DNA of 41,438 nucleotides, taken from contig DATEMI010000230.1 in assembly GCA_035275665.1 (NCBI GenBank), forward strand, positions 1 through 41,438, written 5' to 3'. A model generated the notes under the pieces. The model saw only the letters and a list, made by a program, of their open reading frames with translations, searched no databases and had not been told where the DNA came from. Positions 26,908-35,145 of this stretch are shown here, piece by piece (position 1 is the first letter of the stretch; each line of letters opens with the position of its first letter). Origin of the DNA: Terriglobales bacterium (GTDB taxonomy: Bacteria > Acidobacteriota > Terriglobia > Terriglobales > Acidobacteriaceae). The position numbers were made by a program, and so were the translations under genes.

Positions 26908-29223
26908 ATGCCAATCCCTGGCCCAACGGCACCTAAATACCGCTTTGGTCCTTTCGAACTCGACCCAAGCGAGGGCTACCTCTTTCGGAATGGCAACCGT
27001 GTGAAGCTGCAAAAATTGCCCTACCGGCTACTGGTCATGCTCGTAGAACGGAGTGGAGAGGTCGTCACCCGGGAAGAGGTGCGTCAGCATCTGTGGCCTG
27101 AAAACACCTTTGTTGAGTTCGACAACAGCCTGGGCGTTGCCATTCGGAAGGTGAGAGAGTCCCTCGGAGATGATGCTGAGGTTCCTCACTATATCGAGAC
27201 GATCCAGGGCCGCGGATACCGTTTCATCGCGCCAATTCGGACGGATGGTCCAGCGGCGCTGGCACCTGTGATCGAGACTCTAGCACCGGTTCCCGCTCAA
27301 AGAGCTGAACATGTGAACCGAAGCAAGGTGATTTGGGTTGCGACAGTGATAGCCGGAGTACTTGTTATTGCGGGCTGGTTTTGGTGGAATCGGACGCACA
27401 GTCGCATTCCGGAACGCGCTTCAGTGGTAGTCGGAGATTTCGTCAACAGCACTGGTGACGCTCTGTTTGATGGGTCGCTCCGCCGCGCGGTGGTCATTCA
27501 GCTTGCGCAATCCCCTTATCTCAACATCATGCCTGATGGAAAGTTGGGAGAGGTTCTCCAGGACCTCGGACGCTCGCCAGACGATAAGTTGACTCCTCCT
27601 CTGGCACTTGAGGTCTGCCAACATGGAAAGGCGTCCGCGTTGATCACCGGATCCATCCAGCCGACGGGAGGCGCCTATCTCCTGGCATTGGAAGCGACGC
27701 GCTGCAGCAACGAGAGTTCTTTAGCTCACGAAACCATAACGGTTGCCAACCAAGAGTCGGTCTTGCCCCGCTTAGGGTCTATGATCGACGACCTCCGTCG
27801 CAGTCTCGGTGAATCCCGCGCGTCTCTTCAAAAGTTCGACGTGCCACTCGAACAAGCGACCACCAGTTCCTTGGAAGCACTGAAGGCCTATCAGTTGGGA
27901 TTAGAACTGCGCGCCCATTCCAAGAATTTTGAAGCCAGGCCGGCTTTCAAGACTGCCATTGCTTTGGATGCCAATTTTGCGATTGCCTACGCGCAGCTGG
28001 GATCCTCGTACTCCAATGAAGGAGAGGTGCAGGAGGGCAAAAAATGCTTCGAAAAAGCGTTTGAACTTCGTTCCCGTGCCACGGAACCAGAACGCCTTTA
28101 TATCGTGGGACGCTATTTCGATATTGTTACGAGCGAACTGGAAAAGGGATCCGAGACCTATAAGCTGTGGACCGAAATGTATCCCGATGAATGGCTCGCT
28201 TATAACGCGCTCGCGAACGATGCCAATTTGTTGGGGCGCTATGACACAGTCGTTGATGCTTCTAAACAGGTCGTTCGTCTTTATCCTAATCACAACTTTG
28301 GATACATCAACCTGCTCTTTGGGCTTATTGCTCTGAATCGCCTCGATGAAGCAAAGTCGCTCTGCGAGGAACTCATCGGACGAGGGCATGATGACACTTT
28401 CATTCATCTGAATCTCTTCGCCATTGCATCGCTCAGACACGACGAGCAGGCTCTGAGCCGCGAATACGAGTGGGCCCAAAAGCATCCCGACAACATTCCG
28501 ATGCGCTACGCCCAAGCCAAAGCAGATGCTGCAATGGGTGAGATCAAGCAAAGCACTGAGCTCTTCGAGGAAGCAGCAAAACGAAGTGCCGCCAGAGGGG
28601 ATTCGGAAGAGGCTGCTGATATGTTGGCGACTTCCGCCGAGATCAATTCCGAGATGGGGCGAACAGCCTTGGCACAGAAAGAGTCTGGGGAGGCAGTAAC
28701 ACTTGGGAAGAGTCAAATCGTGCTAGGTCTTGCAGCTCTGATAGCGAGCCGAGCGGGAGCTGAGAAAAGATTCCGCGAGCTTCTCGACGAACTGGATCAT
28801 GATTATCCACTCTCAACGTTCAACATGGGCCTTTACTCCCCGATGGCCCGGACGACGCTGGCGGTCGCGCACGGCAGGTCTGCAGCTGAAATTTCCAATC
28901 TGATGGAGCCAGCGCTTCCCTATGAGCTCGGACAGATTGCAGATTTGCTACCCATCTATGTGCGTGGGGAGTCCTACCTGAAGATTGGTTCAGGTAAAGA
29001 AGCTGAGAGAGAGTTTCAAAAGGTTGTTGATCACCATGGAGTGGATGCGATGACTACACTCTACCCTCTTTCTCAGTTGGGTCTTGCGAGATGCTACGCG
29101 TTGCAGGGCAGAAAAGCCGACAGCCGTCGAGCCTACGAGGCCTTCTTCTCGGTTTGGAAGGACGCCGACCGGGACCTGCCCATTCTGGTGAAGGCGCGGA
29201 ACGAATATCAGGAGCTGAAGTAG
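26908..29223 (+). CDS. CadC/ToxR-like membrane-bound winged-helix regulator with periplasmic TPR region
   Basis: N-terminus: YRFGPFELDPSEGYLFRNGNRVKLQKLPYRLLVMLVERSGEVVTREEV...IQGRGYRFIAP (OmpR/PhoB-type wHTH). One TM segment (VIWVATVIAGVLVIAGWFWW), then about 580 aa with TPR-like repeats. Confidence 0.85.
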   Translation: MPIPGPTAPKYRFGPFELDPSEGYLFRNGNRVKLQKLPYRLLVMLVERSGEVVTREEVRQHLWPENTFVEFDNSLGVAIRKVRESLGDDAEVPHYIETIQGRGYRFIAPIRTDGPAALAPVIETLAPVPAQRAEHVNRSKVIWVATVIAGVLVIAGWFWWNRTHSRIPERASVVVGDFVNSTGDALFDGSLRRAVVIQLAQSPYLNIMPDGKLGEVLQDLGRSPDDKLTPPLALEVCQHGKASALITGSIQPTGGAYLLALEATRCSNESSLAHETITVANQESVLPRLGSMIDDLRRSLGESRASLQKFDVPLEQATTSSLEALKAYQLGLELRAHSKNFEARPAFKTAIALDANFAIAYAQLGSSYSNEGEVQEGKKCFEKAFELRSRATEPERLYIVGRYFDIVTSELEKGSETYKLWTEMYPDEWLAYNALANDANLLGRYDTVVDASKQVVRLYPNHNFGYINLLFGLIALNRLDEAKSLCEELIGRGHDDTFIHLNLFAIASLRHDEQALSREYEWAQKHPDNIPMRYAQAKADAAMGEIKQSTELFEEAAKRSAARGDSEEAADMLATSAEINSEMGRTALAQKESGEAVTLGKSQIVLGLAALIASRAGAEKRFRELLDELDHDYPLSTFNMGLYSPMARTTLAVAHGRSAAEISNLMEPALPYELGQIADLLPIYVRGESYLKIGSGKEAEREFQKVVDHHGVDAMTTLYPLSQLGLARCYALQGRKADSRRAYEAFFSVWKDADRDLPILVKARNEYQELK

Positions 29224-29466
29224 GCAGCGTACTATCGCGGATTGGCCTGCGCAAGGCTGTTTATAGGCGCATCAATTGGACAAGTGTGGAATGAGATGCG
29301 GAGTGCTTAACTGCAAACCTTTCCGGTCGGCTGGTGCAGCAGGGCCGTTTCTAAAGTTTTTTGGCAGACGCAACACGCCGGCGATAAACTGATCCGCCAG
29401 ATGATTGCGGCAGGCCGATGGCCGCTGTGGCGCAAAAAAACGAGACAAGATGATGGAGGTACCCGA

Positions 29467-30600
29467 ATGGGCGGGTTTGTGTGCAACACGTGGCGATTAG
29501 CCGTGCTCGGGGTCCTTCTCTCTTTTGCCGCCCTGCCCTGTTGCACCGGTGGTCAGGCACCGAAGCAATCGATGGGACACGTTCCAGTTGTCGAGGATCT
29601 AGTTCAGTTACTCCAGACGCGACCAGACTTGCGAGAGGCACTAGAGAGCGCAATCCGAACCGCTGACCTCAAGGGGTTCGAGAATATGGGAAGGCTTCTC
29701 GATCAACTAGACGATATGGTCGCGACGGTCCCGAACGCGGAGCAGCACCGTCCGCCTCGGGAATTTGACCTCTTATACATCATCAATCAGGCGCCGAATG
29801 ATCAGCTGAATCGTGACGAGAGCTTTATCGCCTGGATGAAGAAAAATACGGAAGCGCGGGGCCACTTTATGGACACGCCCGAATCGGCTGCGAGAGTCTC
29901 CTCTTACCGGGCTCTTCCGAATTGGCACCTTGACGACTACACCTCCGGCCCGAGCGGCTGGATGACCTTCAACCAGTTCTTCGCTCGTGAAGTGAAACCC
30001 GGTAAGCGGCCCATCGCCGAACCTTCCAATGACAAGGTGATCGTATCGCCAGCCGATTCGGTTTTCGAGGGCACGTGGGACATCGATGCGAACTCGAAGG
30101 TCACAGTCAAGGGCGTCACTTGGCCGATAGCGAAGCTCCTGGTCGGCAGCCCATACCAGGACGCGTTCAAGAACGGTATCTACACGCACACTTTCCTGAA
30201 TGCCAACGATTATCATCGTTACCATGTACCGGTCGCCGGTGAGGTCAAGGAGGTCCGCAAAATCCAGGGCCGGGTTTATATGGACGTGATCAGGAGGCCG
30301 GACGGCAGCCTCCAGGCTATCGACGGAGATACATACCAGTACAACCAGGAACGCGGTCTCATCGTCATCGATTCACCCCAAGTGGGTTTAGTCGCCGTCC
30401 TGCCGATCGGCATGGGTCCAATTTCCTCTGTCAACCTGACGCCCGAGGTTGGCTCCAGGCTGCAGAAGGGCGATGAATTCGGCTACTTCATGTTCGGCGG
30501 CTCTGACGTCGTGATGCTGTTCCAGAATAAGAACGTCGTGATCGATGCCGAGGTGGGGAAGAAATATCTGCAAGGGCAGCGCATCGGAGAGGTCCGCTAA
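29467..30600 (+). CDS. phosphatidylserine-decarboxylase-family (pyruvoyl) protein, long form, with N-terminal signal/anchor
   Basis: GGAGG lies 7 nt before ATG 29467. N-terminus: MGGFVCNTWRLAVLGVLLSFAALPCC. Core motifs: FFAREVKPGKRP, VSPADS, NDYHRYHVPVAG, GDEFGYFMFGGSDVVMLF (G-S self-cleavage-type motif). Confidence 0.8.
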   Translation: MGGFVCNTWRLAVLGVLLSFAALPCCTGGQAPKQSMGHVPVVEDLVQLLQTRPDLREALESAIRTADLKGFENMGRLLDQLDDMVATVPNAEQHRPPREFDLLYIINQAPNDQLNRDESFIAWMKKNTEARGHFMDTPESAARVSSYRALPNWHLDDYTSGPSGWMTFNQFFAREVKPGKRPIAEPSNDKVIVSPADSVFEGTWDIDANSKVTVKGVTWPIAKLLVGSPYQDAFKNGIYTHTFLNANDYHRYHVPVAGEVKEVRKIQGRVYMDVIRRPDGSLQAIDGDTYQYNQERGLIVIDSPQVGLVAVLPIGMGPISSVNLTPEVGSRLQKGDEFGYFMFGGSDVVMLFQNKNVVIDAEVGKKYLQGQRIGEVR

Positions 30601-30731
30601 CCTTCAATCTTTCGGGCCGCGGTCTCTCGCGTTCGGGTCAAGGGTGATCACGAATCCGACCAGATATACCCTCGACGAACGCCAAATCGTCTACGCACTT
30701 TTTGAAGCCAGATTGCCTCCTCCAAGCATAG

Positions 30732-30774
30732 TTTGTGCATGTCAGCGGGCGTGAAGGCCGCTGACATGCACAAA
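30732..30774. repeat. perfect 17-bp inverted repeat with 9-nt spacer, spanning the integrase start codon
   Basis: TTTGTGCATGTCAGCGG (30732-30748) / gcgtgaagg / CCGCTGACATGCACAAA (30758-30774). ATG 30766 lies in the right arm. Confidence 0.85.
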
Positions 30775-31448
30775 CGGAACAAGAAGCCGCCCTGCCGCAA
30801 GATTGTCCTGAAGCTCCCAGATCTCGATCACGCGAAATGTGCGGTACTCAACAGCCTGAGCTCTCCCCATTCAAGGAGAAACTACAAGTTCGCAATGGAG
30901 CAGTTCATCACCTGGTATTGTTCCGAACCTCGCCTTGCATTGAACCGGGCCGTCGTCCTGCGATTTCGTCTATATCTGGAATCTCTGGGCTCGGCAGCCG
31001 GAACTGTCAATCATCGCCTTGCGGCGGTCAGGCGACTGCCGTATGAAGCTGCAGATTCCGATTTGCTCAGTCCGAAACTCGCCGCGGGAATTCGCAGGGT
31101 CAAAGGAGTGAAGCATCTTGGAGCCGGCACGAGGAATTGGCTGAACAAGACCAAGCTGGGACTCTTCCTGGAGCAGGCCGACGGATACGGCCTTCGCAGT
31201 GCCCGCGACCTCGCAATGCTTTCCGTGTTCTGGGCTGCGGATTGCGCTGAGCCGAATTCTCTACGCTCACGGTTGAGGATCTACAGATCAGGCAAGGACA
31301 TTGGGCCATTGTGGACCTAGTTGGCAAAGGCGGTCACGTCCGTAGTGTTCCGATGCCCGCTTGGGTCAAGAATGCAGTCGATCGATGGAGGGAGTTAGCG
31401 AAGGTGACAAGCTCCAATGAGTGCTTTCCCCCTGAAATCGACAGTTGA
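30766..31448 (+). pseudogene. tyrosine recombinase/integrase: N-terminal two-thirds, frameshifted, with a nonsense codon and 3'-truncated
   Basis: MHKRNKKPPCRKIVLKLPDLDHAKCAVLNSLSSPHSRRNYKFAMEQFITWYC...RDLAMLSVF, then a frame shift to LGCGLR-TGA-AEFSTLTVEDLQIRQGHWAIVDLVGKGGHVRSVPMPAWVKNAVDRW. The catalytic H/R/Y C-terminal part is absent. Confidence 0.7.
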
Positions 31449-31535
31449 GAGTTGCAGATCGATCACGAACCAAAAATCGGTTGGCGGAACATAACTTCCT
31501 GTTACTTGGTCAACCATCAACAACTGTCATTGACC

Positions 31536-32603
31536 TCATTTGTGGGTCTTGGACGCCACCCATGCGGGTGCCCCCTCCTCGGTAGCGTTGTCGGTCAGGA
31601 GGTGGAATTCCGACCCGTCAATTCGCATAACGCCGATCTCTCCATACGGTTGAAACGTGCCCACCAGAAGCGGCGGCACAGCTTCATCCTTGAACCCCTG
31701 AGCTGACGTAGCGAACGCGATCCATTCCCCATCGGGCGAAACCGATGGGTGCGCGTCATTTCCGGGAAGATGCGTCAGGCGCTGGAGTCCGGTCCCGTCT
31801 GGCCGGATGCGATAGATCTCGTAACCTCCATCGCGCTTGCTCGTGAAGACGATCCAATCGCCTCGGGGAGACCACGAGGGAAATGTGTCGTAATCCGATC
31901 CGGTCTCCAGCTTTCGGTTGGTCCCGGTTGCGAGATCTAAGATGTGCAGTTCACGATTGCTTCCGCGCGCAACGCGATACACGATTTGCTGGCCGTCCGG
32001 AGACCAACTCGGCATACCGTCGTTGGCGTCGTCATGTGTGATCTGCGACGCGTGACCATTATTCGGATCGACGCTCATCAATTGGGCTGAGCGGATCTGC
32101 GCACGTTGGAAAAAGCCGCCTACTCCGACCAGAATTGCATCACCCCGCGGCGACCACGCCGGCCCGGCCGCGTCCTGGGTCAGGGGTCCCTCCCAGATTA
32201 TCTTGCGATCGGTGCCGTCTAGGTTCGCGGTCACAAGCCTCCCGTTGCGAATATCTCCCTGGAAGTTTGTCAGTATGTACACCATGCGGTCGCCTGAGGG
32301 GGAGAAGGAGGATGCATCTGGGACGCGAAGTAGAGAAAATCGATGGTCAGGGCTTGGCCATTTCTGAAATGGTCGGTCCGCATCGCCTCGCGCATCTGTC
32401 TCCGCGTGAAAGACCAAAGTGTGCCCGTCCGGCGACCAGGTGGGAACTTGAAACCTGCCGCGAACCTCGCGCCCGTTCGCGAGATGGAGCCCGTGTTGTG
32501 TCTGATAAGCGATGTTGCGGCCGACCCAATGCGAACACACTTTCACCCCATCGCCAGTTGTGAGCGTTTCGCGCTTGCCGGAAGTAATCTCATACGGACA
32601 CAA
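31536..32603 (-). CDS. TolB-like PD40 beta-propeller protein (probably the C-terminal part of one frameshifted gene)
   Basis: Repeated WSPDG/SPDG/SPRGD blades. No signal peptide. TTG start only. Overlaps the upstream ORF by 14 nt. Confidence 0.7.
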   Translation of the reverse strand: MCPYEITSGKRETLTTGDGVKVCSHWVGRNIAYQTQHGLHLANGREVRGRFQVPTWSPDGHTLVFHAETDARGDADRPFQKWPSPDHRFSLLRVPDASSFSPSGDRMVYILTNFQGDIRNGRLVTANLDGTDRKIIWEGPLTQDAAGPAWSPRGDAILVGVGGFFQRAQIRSAQLMSVDPNNGHASQITHDDANDGMPSWSPDGQQIVYRVARGSNRELHILDLATGTNRKLETGSDYDTFPSWSPRGDWIVFTSKRDGGYEIYRIRPDGTGLQRLTHLPGNDAHPSVSPDGEWIAFATSAQGFKDEAVPPLLVGTFQPYGEIGVMRIDGSEFHLLTDNATEEGAPAWVASKTHK

Positions 32604-33453
32604 TTTGAGTTGTTCCCGTCCCGAGAATCAGGCCCCCGCTGCAGACCTGCTCGACACGACCGCTATAAAACGCGATGTGGCTCCCGTCCTGCGACCAACT
32701 CGGTGTTCCGGCCGTCTCGCTCTTTCCGTCTGTAATCCGATGCAGGCCAATGCCGTCTGAACGCACGATGTAGATATCACGGTATTGTGGGGTCACGAAG
32801 AATCCAGCCCCAGGTTGGGTCGTCGTCGGGCAGGCACGTGGCCGATCACGATCCGATGAGAACGCAATCCATTTCCCGTCCGGAGACCATGCGGGGCGGA
32901 AATCTCCCGCGGGGTGATGCGTCAAATTGCGCATCTTGTGCGTGATCAGGTCGAGAATCCAAATGTCTGCCTGACCGCTGCGGCTTGAGACAAAGGCCAG
33001 GAATCTGCCATTGGGCGACAGTGCGGCTTGATCTTCAAATCCTGGATCATCGGTCAGTCTTTGCAGGCCAGAACCATCGGGATGGACGCGCCAAATATCG
33101 GCAGAGCCGGCGCGGTGCGAAGTAAACACGATCCATCGTCCATCGGCCGAGAATGACGCGTTGTAATCGAGTGCGGGATCAGGTACCAGAGGGCGCACAT
33201 GACCTCCGTCCGCATCGGCGAGAAAGATGTCGCTGTTATTTGGCGCGAAGCTCTTGAAGGCGATGGTGTATTGCGGTTCGCTCAGTTCAGAGCCGCGGAC
33301 TTCAGAAGGTTCGGATCGAGCGTTACTCACCATCGCAGCCGTGGTTTGAGGCCTCTGCTGGGCAGGAGAGCTCGTACCTTGCGAAACCGTAATCACGCAG
33401 GCATAAGCCAGCGATAACGAGACGATGGGGAATAGTCGCCCTTTCATCATCAA
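32590..33453 (-). CDS. TolB-like PD40 beta-propeller protein (N-terminal part, with signal peptide)
   Basis: MMMKGRLFPIVSLSLAYACVITVSQG, then blades FSADGRWIVFTS, LSPNGRFLAFVS, WSPDGKWIAFSS, WSQDGSHIAFYS. Confidence 0.75.
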   Translation of the reverse strand: MMMKGRLFPIVSLSLAYACVITVSQGTSSPAQQRPQTTAAMVSNARSEPSEVRGSELSEPQYTIAFKSFAPNNSDIFLADADGGHVRPLVPDPALDYNASFSADGRWIVFTSHRAGSADIWRVHPDGSGLQRLTDDPGFEDQAALSPNGRFLAFVSSRSGQADIWILDLITHKMRNLTHHPAGDFRPAWSPDGKWIAFSSDRDRPRACPTTTQPGAGFFVTPQYRDIYIVRSDGIGLHRITDGKSETAGTPSWSQDGSHIAFYSGRVEQVCSGGLILGTGTTQIVSV

Positions 33454-33554
33454 CCACCGGGGAGCGGTTCAACTCAATCGACGATAAATCTCTAGTGCCG
33501 TATCGACAGTGCAAATCGCCAATGCGCTCGTCCAGGATGATCGTTGGGAAGTTC

Positions 33555-33599
33555 TGGCGGGAGCGACGGGACTTGAACCCGCGGCCTCCTGCGTGACAG
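33555..33599 (-). repeat. 3' half of tRNA-Asp(GUC) without a 5' half (att-like scar, copy 2)
   Basis: 44/45 nt identical to 17421-17465 (T-loop TTCAAGT versus TTCGAGT), same orientation. The upstream sense sequence ...CCTCTGCC cannot form the anticodon stem, and no D-arm is present. Confidence 0.75.
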
Positions 33600-33854
33600 G
33601 GCAGAGGTCGTGGGTTCGATAAGCGTGCAAAAGCAGTTTCCAACGATTCCTCAGGGCGCTGAAAGGAGCCATCCATTCCCGCTGATTCCAATAAGTTACG
33701 GGTTTCTGATTTGCTGTCACGGCAACTGTCCGGCGTTTTGGGGAAGCGCCGGACAGCCCCGTCAATGATCCCGAGATGGCTTTCGCCCGAGCTAATACCT
33801 GTGCGGTCCCCCGTGCGTCCGCAACCGTCCTCTGAGTCGTTTCCGACCGAAGCT

Positions 33855-33945
33855 CGTAAATCACTGTCGTCGTTGCCGAGCGGTGCCGCATCATCCGCTG
33901 GACGAGCAGGAGGTCGACTCCATTGCCATCGAGCAGGATGCCCTC
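33855..33945 (-). pseudogene. tyrosine recombinase C-terminal fragment
   Basis: ILLDGNGVDLLLVQRMMRHRSATTTVIYE matches the ...G.dl..vq.lLGH.s..tT..Y catalytic-Tyr box. Nothing recombinase-like lies upstream on this strand. Confidence 0.5.
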
Positions 33946-34072
33946 AAAGTATGCGGGAAAGGCCAGCAGTTTCGCCTGGTTTACCTGCCCACGCAAGCGG
34001 CTGAGGCTCGTCTTGCGCTGGATCGCGGCTCGCGGCCAGAAGCCGGGGCCACTTTTCGTACATCGGACTGGA
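33916..34072 (+). pseudogene. tyrosine recombinase central fragment (frameshifted)
   Basis: VDSIAIEQDALKVCGKGQQFRLVYLPTQAAEA, then in the next frame RLVLRWIAARGQKPGPLFVHRTG. This is the GKG.K.R.v.l...l..W......pLF pattern. Confidence 0.45.
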
Positions 34073-34081
34073 TGTTTACAA

Positions 34082-34234
34082 GAGACGATCAGCTATTGCG
34101 TGAAGGACGCGGCTGGTTGTGTGCATCAGGAAGGCAAGGTCGGCGTGGCGCGAGCTGGACGCATGGATCCCCGAACGCTGCCGCAACCGAGCACCATCGC
34201 GATGGAAGCAACGATGTTCACCGGCTGGATCTAC
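34082..34234 (+). mobile_element. IS110-family transposase N-terminal fragment
   Basis: ETISYCVKDAAGCVHQEGKVGVARAGRMDPRTLPQPSTIAMEATMFTGWIY resembles the N-terminal DEDD domain of IS110-type transposases (recalled from memory). The reading frame loses sense after GWIY. Confidence 0.4.
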
Positions 34235-34342
34235 TTGGGGAAAGGCTCTGATTCGGGTCAGACCCCAGTCAATATCCGAGTAGCCGACCACTCGCCCACT
34301 TCGATATGCGCAGTATTGTGTCAGCGGCCCGCAGCGGCGCGT

Positions 34343-34729
34343 TCAGCCCTGTACCTTCGCGATCATGTGATCGATGACGACGCTGTGCTCATGCTGGGGG
34401 CTGAACATGATGATCTCCGCATCCGTGTCAACCCTCACGTTGTGCCCCGCTGGCCAGTAGAACAGATCGTTGCCCACCACAGTTTCGGTTCTACCCGCAG
34501 CATCGGTCATCGTGATTTGCCCGCGCAGCAAAAAACCCCAATGCGGACATTGACATTGATTACCTTCCAGACCAACGAACAGTGGCGTGGTATCGACGCC
34601 AGCAGCAAGCGTGAAATACTCGGCGCTGATCGTGTCGAACCCGCGGACGGTCCCGAATTCCTTTCGCTGACGAATCCGCGCACCCGGAATGTCCATCCTG
34701 ACGTCGATGTCGTCCTTTAGTATGCGCAT
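34343..34729 (-). CDS. cupin-domain protein
   Basis: 128 aa. ...CPHWGFLLRGQITMTDAAGRTETVVGNDLFYWPAGHNVRVDTDAEIIMF is a cupin beta-barrel pattern. Confidence 0.75.
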   Translation of the reverse strand: MRILKDDIDVRMDIPGARIRQRKEFGTVRGFDTISAEYFTLAAGVDTTPLFVGLEGNQCQCPHWGFLLRGQITMTDAAGRTETVVGNDLFYWPAGHNVRVDTDAEIIMFSPQHEHSVVIDHMIAKVQG

Positions 34730-34864
34730 CGGAGCCTCCGGAATTTCGTCTCCAGACCTTTCGGTCTAGCAGCGCACTCTAGCATGAACCGTTTCCCGGA
34801 GTCGAACCATCCGAGAACCAACTGGACAACGCGATGGCGTGCTTTGTATGAAGGCCGGTGTGAA

Positions 34865-35143
34865 CTAAGCCTCCGCGACCACCTCGCAAATTTCCGCATT
34901 GTTCAATGTCACGCCCGGCGGCATCGGGTTGCTGCGCATCTGCTGTACAGCGTTTTCGGCGTCCGCTCTCGTGTTGAACAGGACCATCGAAATGCCGACG
35001 CTGCGCCCAGCATCGACCGTCCAGACGCCCCGCACGAATCCGGGCGCTTTGCTGACCCTAGGCACTACGGTTTCGTGGAGTGATTTCCGTGCGTTGTCGA
35101 ACTCACCCGAAGCGATCTTCACGTTTGTGATGACTGCGTGCAT
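34865..35143 (-). CDS. small dimeric alpha/beta-barrel (ABM-like) protein
   Basis: MHAVITNVKIASGEFDNARKSLHETVVPRVSKAPGFVRGVWTVD...SMVLFNTRADAENA. GGAGGA lies upstream of ATG 35143. Confidence 0.6.
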   Translation of the reverse strand: MHAVITNVKIASGEFDNARKSLHETVVPRVSKAPGFVRGVWTVDAGRSVGISMVLFNTRADAENAVQQMRSNPMPPGVTLNNAEICEVVAEA

Positions 35144-35145
35144 AA

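Noticed and set aside
31064-31075. 12-nt match (gctcagtccgaa) between the integrase pseudogene and the minus strand of the hairpin element.
   Set aside because: The expected number of chance 12-mer matches for a 60-nt query against both strands of 41 kb is about 0.3, and there is no flanking similarity.
33469-33854. The remainder of the 175-aa ORF 33469-33996, reading through the tRNA scar, as a real protein.
   Set aside because: Only residues of about 20-48 look recombinase-like. The rest runs through the tRNA fragment and is open only because no stop codon happens to occur.
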